A stretch of 50,917 bases of DNA from a virus (lineage: Duplodnaviria > Caudoviricetes), in the IMG/VR virus record IMGVR_UViG_3300007555_000007, positions 1 to 50,917 of that record; one strand, given 5' to 3'. The translations under genes and the position numbers were made by a program. Shown here piece after piece: positions 18,959 to 25,824 of this stretch (positions are counted from its first letter, which is position 1; each line of letters begins with the position of its first letter). Under the pieces are notes generated by a model. The model was not told the origin of the DNA. It was given only the letters and a program-made list of their open reading frames with translations, and ran no database searches.

Positions 18959-19525
18959 TTATATAGTTTTATAGTTTTTAAGTTCTTTTAATCCATATTC
19001 ATCTGCGTGAAATCGTACAGCAAACCAAATTTGATTCATAGTTTCTTCATTAGTTAATGCAGAATCCAACACATCTTGTGCTTCATCATCGTCACACTTA
19101 AATATACCTTTGACATCTTCAACTTGCCATAAATTACCCGTATAAAATCCTCTGTTTGTCAACAACTCTTTTAGTTCATTAGTAGAAAGTTCCCAATTAT
19201 CAGACTCTCTTACTACATTTAGGTTATGCATTTTTATAAATTCTACTACTGCTTTGTATGTGGTGTCAATTTTATGAGAACCTCCAAGTATTTCAATGTC
19301 AGTTCCTTCAATATGAGCATTACACATATCAATAGTGAATCTGTAAGCATTGCCATTCTCATCTCTAAGACCCTCTATCTTCTCAACTACAGTCATTAGC
19401 CAATCCCAAGATGTTTGAAATAAACACAGAGAATGAATCGAATGTGTCCATTCCCCATCATTAAAACTTCTTTCGTCTGAATATTTCATTCCCATAAATT
19501 CTGCTATAAGTTTATTGTCTTTCAT
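18959..19525 (-). CDS. Two-domain hypothetical protein (domain A then B)
   Basis: MKDNKLIAEFMG..SWDWLM (A) followed by NLWQVEDV..ALTNE (B). Confidence 0.7.
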   Translation of the reverse strand: MKDNKLIAEFMGMKYSDERSFNDGEWTHSIHSLCLFQTSWDWLMTVVEKIEGLRDENGNAYRFTIDMCNAHIEGTDIEILGGSHKIDTTYKAVVEFIKMHNLNVVRESDNWELSTNELKELLTNRGFYTGNLWQVEDVKGIFKCDDDEAQDVLDSALTNEETMNQIWFAVRFHADEYGLKELKNYKTI

Positions 19526-19526
19526 A

Positions 19527-20027
19527 TTATATAGTTTTATTGTATTGATTAATAAATAGTACTACTTCATCAAAGACATCTTCAATACGACCATAAGGAA
19601 CTACATCCAATAGGTTCTCTCTGTAATCATTGTCAAGAAACTTTTCATCTCGCCTTATTTTTCCTACTACAGGCATCAGCCAATCCCAAGAAGTGTCGTA
19701 TTTCAAGTAAGAAAAATCTCCTTCATTACCTAAATCGGGATAACCCATAAATTCTGCGATAAGTTTATTGTCTTTCATCTTGTTTGTTTTTTTAATTAGT
19801 GCAACCTCGTAATCTATCTGTTCGAAGATACTCTCCATTACTCCTTCATTGTTAAGAGCGTTCTCAAGAACCTCTTCTGCTTCTACTACAGTTAGCTCTT
19901 CATAGATTTGAAGCACATCTTGAACGTGCCATAGGTTACTCAAGACATATCCTTGTCTTGCTAACTGCTGTTTTGAATACTCTGTGTTTCTAGCAGACAT
20001 ACTGTCGTTTTGATTTGTTTGTTTCAT
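19527..20027 (-). CDS. Two-domain hypothetical protein (domain B then A)
   Basis: NLWHVQDV..ALNNE (B) followed by MKDNKLIAEFMG..SWDWLM (A). Confidence 0.7.
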   Translation of the reverse strand: MKQTNQNDSMSARNTEYSKQQLARQGYVLSNLWHVQDVLQIYEELTVVEAEEVLENALNNEGVMESIFEQIDYEVALIKKTNKMKDNKLIAEFMGYPDLGNEGDFSYLKYDTSWDWLMPVVGKIRRDEKFLDNDYRENLLDVVPYGRIEDVFDEVVLFINQYNKTI

Positions 20028-20045
20028 AATAAATAAATTAAGATT

Positions 20046-20096
20046 TCGGTTTCATCCTTTTGGAATCATCAGCACGGACACTCATCCGTGTACCGA
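20046..20096 (-). ncRNA. Hammerhead ribozyme HH2, type III
   Basis: Minus strand UCGGUA^CACGGA-UGAGUG-UCCGUG CUGAUGA UUCC-AAAA-GGAU GAAA CCGA; cleavage predicted at 20091/20090. Confidence 0.85.
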
Positions 20097-20098
20097 GA

Positions 20099-20114
20099 GT
20101 GTCTTCGAAGACAC
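20099..20114. repeat. 16-bp palindrome copy 6 (2 nt 5' of HH2 on the transcript)
   Basis: Exact match; flanks extend the hairpin. Confidence 0.95.
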
Positions 20115-20141
20115 CCTCTCTTTCTACTACTACATAGAAAA

Positions 20142-21221
20142 CTAAAGGTTAACTACAACCTCTTGTTCTGTAAAACTCTCATTGCATTGAGGACAATGGT
20201 ATGAGGAGTTTGATATCTCATGCTCATCAACAACTAAGTCTGAATAGCAATTGACACACATCGGTGATTCGTTCAACACATCAAAGTCATCTTCAACTTT
20301 GAAAGCGTCATCCCAAATCATCTGCTGTGTGCATTCAACTTGGTCTCTGAATGTGTACGTGCTAGGCTTGTACACTTGCTGTGTGTATCTTTGATGCATT
20401 TGCTCCCCAAGTGGTAACTCTTTCAAGTTAAAGTAAACCCAACAGTTTACTGTCTTACCGCTGTTCAACTTGATTGGCACTTGCTTTCTTCTGTACCAAT
20501 TCGGATGACCCTCTAGCCTATCCAAGTCTAGTAGCTTGCTGTCGTCAACCTTGAAGATGTCAATCTCTACGTTGTGACCTACACCTTTCTCCTCAATCAA
20601 GTATGGCAACCCTTGTATAAGTAATGGGTACTTGTCAACAGTCTTACCTCTGCCTAGGTACTTGCTTGACCGCAAGTATCTGTTGTAGTTAGAGTAGTTC
20701 TTCTTTAGCGTTCCGTACACACCAATAACGTGGTCTTCTAATACGTTAGCCTTTGAATACCAAACACCATCTCTCTTGAAGTAAGCATCTCTGTTGTATA
20801 TCTGAAATGTTCTTGTTCTTCTGTTAATACTAACGAACCTAGCTTCGTGCTGTTCCAACTCTGCTCTCCATTCGCTTCTTGGCATATCACCTAGCATACG
20901 TGCTTGAACCTTGGTGTCGCAAGTCTCTGCATCACCCAACCCTCTGATTGTTCCGTTCATCATAAGCAACTCATCTCTGTTCTTGCCACATACAAATGGA
21001 TGCATATTCTCTCTGTTGATTTTACCCACAGTAGCATAACGGAAGTGAGCGATGAATGGTCTGTCAGTGTGCAACTGAGCGTAGTCTTTAGATTCTTGGT
21101 ATGTCAACTCAAAAGTGTCTAGCCATACAATCCCCAATCCGTGAGGATTGATTCGTGCTGAAGTCTTGAGTCTCTCCATTGGAATCTTTTCTGATTTCTG
21201 TTTGATAATAATAATACACAT
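20142..21221 (-). CDS. Class II glutamine amidotransferase fused to gamma-glutamylcyclotransferase and a C-terminal zinc ribbon
   Basis: Start MCIII gives the catalytic Cys1 of an Ntn hydrolase; HFRYAT, HPF, NGT, DT; VYGTLK...LDRLEGHPNWYRR (GGCT/AIG2); CVNC...CPQC. Confidence 0.85.
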   Translation of the reverse strand: MCIIIIKQKSEKIPMERLKTSARINPHGLGIVWLDTFELTYQESKDYAQLHTDRPFIAHFRYATVGKINRENMHPFVCGKNRDELLMMNGTIRGLGDAETCDTKVQARMLGDMPRSEWRAELEQHEARFVSINRRTRTFQIYNRDAYFKRDGVWYSKANVLEDHVIGVYGTLKKNYSNYNRYLRSSKYLGRGKTVDKYPLLIQGLPYLIEEKGVGHNVEIDIFKVDDSKLLDLDRLEGHPNWYRRKQVPIKLNSGKTVNCWVYFNLKELPLGEQMHQRYTQQVYKPSTYTFRDQVECTQQMIWDDAFKVEDDFDVLNESPMCVNCYSDLVVDEHEISNSSYHCPQCNESFTEQEVVVNL

Positions 21222-21244
21222 AGTAAGTAATAAATTTGTGAGTA

Positions 21245-21260
21245 GTGTCTTCGAAGACAC
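21245..21260. repeat. 16-bp palindrome copy 7 (between HH3 and the GATase start)
   Basis: Exact match. Confidence 0.95.
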
Positions 21261-21272
21261 AGAACTCGGTTT

Positions 21273-21327
21273 GTATAAGACACGGAATGAATCCGTGTTT
21301 CGACTATTTAAGTCTCATCAGTTATAC
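21273..21327 (-). ncRNA. Hammerhead ribozyme HH3, type I
   Basis: Minus strand GUAUAA CUGAUGA GACU-UAAAU-AGUC GAAA CACGGA-UUCAU-UCCGUG UC^UUAUAC; canonical core and GUC site; cleavage predicted at 21279/21278. Confidence 0.92.
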
Positions 21328-21639
21328 TTACTTTCTACGCATCTCTTCTGCGTACTCCTTGGCTTGCTGTTCTCTGAGCATCTCAATGTGATTGAATAGC
21401 TTCATAAAGTTCTCTAGCAATACCTTCTTGTTCCCCTTGATGCCGAAGTAAGTCTTGACATCTCGAACCCTCCAATTGCTATGTGGCTTCATCCCTATCG
21501 CATTTAATCCGATGTCTCTCTTGCTTACGTACAGATTGTACATTGCTCTTTGCATTGCTTTTCCGTTGAATTGGAAGTAAGCATCCTCGTCTGTTAACTC
21601 TTTGTAAAATGGTGTTGTAGTATCTAGTTTGTAACTCAT
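21328..21639 (-). CDS. Hypothetical protein
   Basis: ORF whose stop codon abuts HH3. Confidence 0.65.
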   Translation of the reverse strand: MSYKLDTTTPFYKELTDEDAYFQFNGKAMQRAMYNLYVSKRDIGLNAIGMKPHSNWRVRDVKTYFGIKGNKKVLLENFMKLFNHIEMLREQQAKEYAEEMRRK

Positions 21640-21707
21640 AATATAAAATGTTTAAATGTTGTCTATCACTTTTACAATGATAGTCTAATTAATTGATAAT
21701 TCCTAAT

Positions 21708-21869
21708 TTATTTTAATATTCTTTTAAATTCACTAGGATTAACCGTTCCGTACTTGTGATGGAACTTGCATAGGTAGTCTCCCGCATCGTGAAATTCCTC
21801 TAATGAATAGATTCCATCGGTCGAATTGTAAATCTTATTTGCTCTGATTAATTTTTGTAGTTCGTTCAT
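21708..21869 (-). CDS. Hypothetical protein (53 aa, MNELQKLIR...)
   Basis: Hand-translated; ATGA overlap with the upstream gene. Confidence 0.5.
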   Translation of the reverse strand: MNELQKLIRANKIYNSTDGIYSLEEFHDAGDYLCKFHHKYGTVNPSEFKRILK

Positions 21870-22147
21870 AATACTTTAACGTTTTCGTTTTTTATAAATG
21901 TTTCAACTCTCCCATATCCTTGCTTAAACTCAGCACCGTTTTCTAGTTTAAAGTAGCACACATCCCAATCATTACCTCTGTCAAATTTAAACTTCTCTCC
22001 TTTTTTTATAGTGTAGTAGCATCCTTTCCAACCGATTCTGATTCGTCTTTTTTGTGGTATAAATCCAACTTGTGTTTTCTCTAATGGTGTATTGTACCAT
22101 TTTGCATCAATAAATACTTCAATTTCTTCTGTTGCTTGTAAATTCAT
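21866..22147 (-). CDS. Hypothetical protein
   Basis: ORF with A-rich leader. Confidence 0.6.
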   Translation of the reverse strand: MNLQATEEIEVFIDAKWYNTPLEKTQVGFIPQKRRIRIGWKGCYYTIKKGEKFKFDRGNDWDVCYFKLENGAEFKQGYGRVETFIKNENVKVL

Positions 22148-22158
22148 AATGTTTGTTT

Positions 22159-22374
22159 TTAAAGGTTAATAAATTTGGTTAAACAATAAGTTACAGACGC
22201 AATGTATATCACTAGTATCACTGCTGCCGCAACTTGCTTTCTTACATCTTTCTTTCGTTGATTGATTGCTTCAATCTCTTGCTTGGTGTATACATCTACA
22301 CGCATCACTTCTCTGCCTTTTATTTTTACTCCCGTACCTTTTTCTACATAGGTTAATCCGTTTTTTGTTTTCAT
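22159..22374 (-). CDS. Small protein with C-terminal transmembrane helix
   Basis: VAAAVILVIYIASVTYCL. Confidence 0.6.
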   Translation of the reverse strand: MKTKNGLTYVEKGTGVKIKGREVMRVDVYTKQEIEAINQRKKDVRKQVAAAVILVIYIASVTYCLTKFINL

Positions 22375-22463
22375 AATGTTATCTGTTTATTGAGTGAAAT
22401 GCCTTAGCATATTGTTTTAATTTGTTTATTACTTTTTTAATTGTTGCTTTCATAATGTTTAAT

Positions 22464-22868
22464 TTATATTTCGTAATATGAGTTTGCTCTGTAAGAACCA
22501 CAATTCCAAGTATCAAGATGTTCACCATCTACGATAGCTGTTAAATGACTTCTTGTAAGTACAATGTATCTCTTGCCTTCGCTTGTTGGGAAGTTCTTAA
22601 CGGAATACGTCTTGCCTTTGCTGTTCTTTTTAGGCTTGTGCTTAGTGAATCCTAAATCGTACAAGTAATCCTCGTACACCTCTCTAAAGTTTATTGGCAT
22701 ACACGATGGATGATGCAGTGCATACTCGGTTAACTCTTTAAACACTTCCTTGTACCCTTTGTCTGTAGCGTGAACAATTGCTCTCACTACACAGTCTCCA
22801 ACTACCAATTCTTTTCTTGTGCCATTGGGCATAATCTGTTTCCTTGGATTTGATTTTTTGAACTTCAT
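22464..22868 (-). CDS. Conserved phage protein, possible papain-like/peptidase fold
   Basis: GDCVVRAI...HLTAIVDG...DTWN (possible Cys-His-Asp triad). Confidence 0.5.
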   Translation of the reverse strand: MKFKKSNPRKQIMPNGTRKELVVGDCVVRAIVHATDKGYKEVFKELTEYALHHPSCMPINFREVYEDYLYDLGFTKHKPKKNSKGKTYSVKNFPTSEGKRYIVLTRSHLTAIVDGEHLDTWNCGSYRANSYYEI

Positions 22869-22887
22869 AATATTTGTTTTTAATTGT

Positions 22888-23082
22888 TTATATTTTCAAC
22901 TTTAACCTTAACTGTTTTCTGTCTATTTTACCATTGTAGAAATCACACCATATATTTGCATAGTCTACTCTACCAAATAAACCTACTACTTTAATACCTT
23001 GTTCTTTTAGTGTTCTGTGTGTTTCTTTTGTTGTTTCGAGTATTGAAACTTTTTCGTCTTCTTCTGTTAAAAAATACTTCAT
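22888..23082 (-). CDS. Hypothetical protein
   Basis: ORF with A-rich leader. Confidence 0.55.
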   Translation of the reverse strand: MKYFLTEEDEKVSILETTKETHRTLKEQGIKVVGLFGRVDYANIWCDFYNGKIDRKQLRLKLKI

Positions 23083-23093
23083 AATATTTGTTT

Positions 23094-23249
23094 TTAATTA
23101 TTTGTGTCTTCGAAGACACCTATTACTTTTCCGTATTTACATACACTGTCGTACCAATTACTAAAGTGTTTTTCGCTCTTGAACTCAATAGGATAAGAAG
23201 AATACTTACCCTCGTGAGATTTTACTGATGCAATACATTTGCCTATCAT
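23094..23249 (-). CDS. Hypothetical protein (51 aa, MIGKCIASVK...GVFEDTNN)
   Basis: Hand-translated; first ORF downstream of HH4; contains palindrome copy 8. Confidence 0.45.
   Translation of the reverse strand: MIGKCIASVKSHEGKYSSYPIEFKSEKHFSNWYDSVCKYGKVIGVFEDTNN
23104..23119. repeat. 16-bp palindrome copy 8
   Basis: Exact match. Confidence 0.95.
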
Positions 23250-23269
23250 ATAAGAATAAATTTAAGTTA

Positions 23270-23320
23270 GCTGTTTCGACCTTTTGGTCTCGTCAGTACA
23301 GATACACATCTGTAGACAGC
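23270..23320 (-). ncRNA. Hammerhead ribozyme HH4, type III
   Basis: Minus strand GCUGUC^UACAGA-UGUGUA-UCUGUA CUGACGA GACC-AAAA-GGUC GAAA CAGC; fully canonical; cleavage predicted at 23315/23314. Confidence 0.93.
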
Positions 23321-23338
23321 GGGAGTATCTCTACTCCC
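23321..23338 (-). other. Hairpin immediately 5' of HH4 on the transcript
   Basis: GGGAGTA-N4-TACTCCC inverted repeat with no T tract. Confidence 0.6.
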
Positions 23339-23346
23339 ATTTGCTG

Positions 23347-24306
23347 TTAGTATTGCCTTACGCAATCTCTATCCCAAAAATCACGCATTGTGTTTGTTGG
23401 GTCAATCCATCTTTGGGTCTTTGGATTGATTTTGTTGGACACAATTGTCTTGCGGAATGCTTCTGCCAATTCCATCATCTCTAACACCTTGGTCTCATCT
23501 TGTTCGTACATAGACATCAAGATTGGCTTTAGCTTGTTTAGAAGCGATTTGTGGCTTCCTCTCGGTGAGTTGATACTATGGTCAACTATCACATACATCA
23601 TCTCATAACGTCTCATCATCTGCTTCACAGATTGGAATCGTGATGGTAATCTAAACTCAAGAGCGTGTCTCATTGGTTTAGCTACTGTGTATTTGTGGTG
23701 TCTTCCACCCATCATTTTAACTAGTCTTCTTCTAGTGTTTTGGTCGTGTCTCATCGTGATGTTCTTGTTGCAATATCCATTGCCTAATCTGTGACGAAAC
23801 AATGCAAGCAGAATACCGCAGTTCTTACGCATTGCATCCATCACCTCGTAGCCATCCATCCCATCTACAGAGACAGTGATATGTCCACCGCATTTGGTAT
23901 TTGATGGTGAAAACTCATCTTCAATAATCGTTCTAGCTTGGTGCATCATATTGAAAACTTTGTTTCTCCATTTACCTCTAGGTAGCAAAGGTAAGATGTT
24001 TGTCACTGCTTCATAACCGCAAGATGAATCACGTTCAAATCCTGCAAATAGAGTGTACTCTTGTACAGCTCCTCGGTGAAATCTAGTCTTTTCAACTTCG
24101 AAACCTATAGCAAATCTGCTCTTAAAATCACCTTGGTTTTGCTCGTCTTCTAGGATATTACGTCTATCATTCCATTTCAGTGTAGCAATGTCACTGCTCT
24201 TTGCACCCTTGTGATGCTCTAGGGATGCATCGCATCCATGGTATCTGTTTACTCTCGCTCTCGCTGAGTTTCCTGTTACTGTGTAGTTAATCTCGTTTGT
24301 GTTCAT
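23347..24306 (-). CDS. Putative amidoligase (COOH-NH2 ligase, glutamine synthetase-like fold)
   Basis: IGFEVE, DSSCGYEAV, CGGHITVS, LEFRL motifs; start moved to MNTNE. Confidence 0.75.
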   Translation of the reverse strand: MNTNEINYTVTGNSARARVNRYHGCDASLEHHKGAKSSDIATLKWNDRRNILEDEQNQGDFKSRFAIGFEVEKTRFHRGAVQEYTLFAGFERDSSCGYEAVTNILPLLPRGKWRNKVFNMMHQARTIIEDEFSPSNTKCGGHITVSVDGMDGYEVMDAMRKNCGILLALFRHRLGNGYCNKNITMRHDQNTRRRLVKMMGGRHHKYTVAKPMRHALEFRLPSRFQSVKQMMRRYEMMYVIVDHSINSPRGSHKSLLNKLKPILMSMYEQDETKVLEMMELAEAFRKTIVSNKINPKTQRWIDPTNTMRDFWDRDCVRQY

Positions 24307-24320
24307 AGTAGTAGTATTTT

Positions 24321-24336
24321 GTGTCTTCGAAGACAC
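24321..24336. repeat. 16-bp palindrome copy 9 (just upstream of the amidoligase start)
   Basis: Exact match. Confidence 0.95.
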
Positions 24337-24339
24337 TGA

Positions 24340-24936
24340 TTAAGATAATTTTGATGTTAAAAATGCGATTGCTGTAGCGATGTCCTCTGCTCCGTTCGTA
24401 GTAATTACTTTGCCTTGGTCATCAATTCGTACAGATACTGTGGTTTCACCTTTGAATGTCATCGTGAATACTGTTGATGTTCTCTCTGCTGATGCAGTTT
24501 CTGTGGTTTCACCGCCATTACTAGCGAACTTCAATAGGGATGCTACTGACATAGATGCAGAATCACCGTTTGCATCTGCTTCAGCTACAGCAGATTTGAA
24601 TTGTGCTACGGTTTCGGGCTGTTCGTTCTGTAGCTTACCTACCTTCAGCATTTTGTAGAAAAATGACTTCTTCCATCCGTACAATTTGGTGTAGAAATCT
24701 TCCTTTGTCCAAGTTACACCATAGTCATCCATCTGTGCTTTTCCTTGTGCTGAGTTGAACCAACCCCAAGATTTAACTACAATCTCACTTAGCTGTAGTG
24801 ATTTCTCAAATTTCACTTTCTTGGCATCAGCTACACCGCTAATTAGAGACTCGATGTCTCTTAGGCTTCCACCTATCTGATTTGCTACAGATACTTCGTT
24901 GAACAATGCACTTTCAATACTTAATAAATTTCTCAT
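24340..24936 (-). CDS. Hypothetical protein, first gene of the leftward arm
   Basis: Probable start MRNLLS; possible HTH at TKEDFYTKLYGWKKSFFYKM. Confidence 0.65.
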   Translation of the reverse strand: MRNLLSIESALFNEVSVANQIGGSLRDIESLISGVADAKKVKFEKSLQLSEIVVKSWGWFNSAQGKAQMDDYGVTWTKEDFYTKLYGWKKSFFYKMLKVGKLQNEQPETVAQFKSAVAEADANGDSASMSVASLLKFASNGGETTETASAERTSTVFTMTFKGETTVSVRIDDQGKVITTNGAEDIATAIAFLTSKLS

Positions 24937-25256
24937 CTTGTTGGTTTTTAGATGATTAGATGGCAATATTGCCGATATGACTAGAACTTTGCACTTCATT
25001 GCTGTGTAAAACGCTGATTGTCAGCGAGTTAGCGTATTTGTTGATGTGACATAGTCTATCCATGGTGTAAAAATAGTCTATTTCTACGTTCTGTGCAAGT
25101 TTTGAATACGTTTTCTGTCGTTGTATTGTGCATTTGCTGTCTATTTCTTTGCAGTCAAGGGATTGCGTAATGTCTGCTCACGTACATTTGTTTAGGTAAA
25201 ATGTCTATGGGGTAGGGGCTATGCTTTGTCTCTACTTGTCTGTAGAGTTTTACAAT

Positions 25257-25272
25257 GTGTCTTCAAAGACAC
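25257..25272. repeat. Palindrome variant GTGTCTTCAAAGACAC (copy 10)
   Basis: One central mismatch; lies in the noncoding divergence region. Confidence 0.85.
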
Positions 25273-25489
25273 AACAACAGCATTATAAGGGAAACTTCAC
25301 CGTATAACGTGATACGTAGCACAGCTACAGCTACAGTGTGCTGTGGATGGCTGTGGAAAAAAGCTAAAAAAATTGGGATGCACCGATTGAAAAAGCAAAA
25401 TCGCTCGCAAAAAAAAATCGTTTTCGGATTGGGGTGTCGTCACGTGCAGCGGTATATAACCCAAATACTACATATATCTAATAAATATT

Positions 25490-25519
25490 TTTGACTTACA
25501 TTTATTTTTTATATATTTG
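25490..25519 (+). promoter_or_regulatory. Bacteroidota-type promoter candidate (TTTG-N18-TATATTTG)
   Basis: Consensus boxes with a slightly short spacer. Confidence 0.45.
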
Positions 25520-25549
25520 TTCTTTCATATAGTTTGTTTGATAGTTAGG

Positions 25550-25581
25550 AAAAGGGTTTGATTTAGGTCAGCCCTTTTTTT
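25550..25581 (+). terminator. Intrinsic terminator
   Basis: AAAGGG...CCCTTT hairpin followed by a T run. Confidence 0.6.
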
Positions 25582-25610
25582 ATGCAGTAAATATTCCTAT
25601 TGTGTAGACT

Positions 25611-25677
25611 TAGTGTAGATTCTATGTAGATTTTTTATAGCTAACTATTTGATTATCAGTATTAGTGTTGAAAATGT
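25611..25677. repeat. 67-bp dispersed repeat, copy B
   Basis: Gapless 52/67 identity to 13726-13792. Confidence 0.8.
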
Positions 25678-25768
25678 AGATATTAAAAGAGAATTATACA
25701 GTAAGAAATATATAAATAGAGTTTCTCTCTCTCTCTCTATAGGAGATGTTATTTTGTGCATTATTACA

Positions 25769-25800
25769 TTTGATGTATTAAATAAAAAATACTATCTTTG
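25769..25800 (+). promoter_or_regulatory. Bacteroidota-type promoter for groEL (TTTG-N20-TATCTTTG)
   Basis: Matches consensus and spacing; implies the ATG at 25825 rather than the TTG at 25798. Confidence 0.75.
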
Positions 25801-25824
25801 TCAAATAAATCAAATCTAATACTT

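Noticed and set aside
17989-23320. Hammerheads as part of a retrozyme or other retroelement
   Set aside because: No reverse transcriptase, long terminal repeats or target-site duplications are visible, and the intervening DNA is ordinary phage genes.
16097-25494. ORF-track N-termini MSSKT, MCLRRH and MCLQRH as a shared leader peptide
   Set aside because: These come from start-like codons in or beside the palindrome. Better starts lie downstream (for example MCIII, needed for the catalytic Cys1), and 25255-25494 has no coding support.
25724-25738. (TC)n run as a phase-variation tract
   Set aside because: It is short, lies upstream of the -33 box rather than in the spacer, and is not in a CDS.
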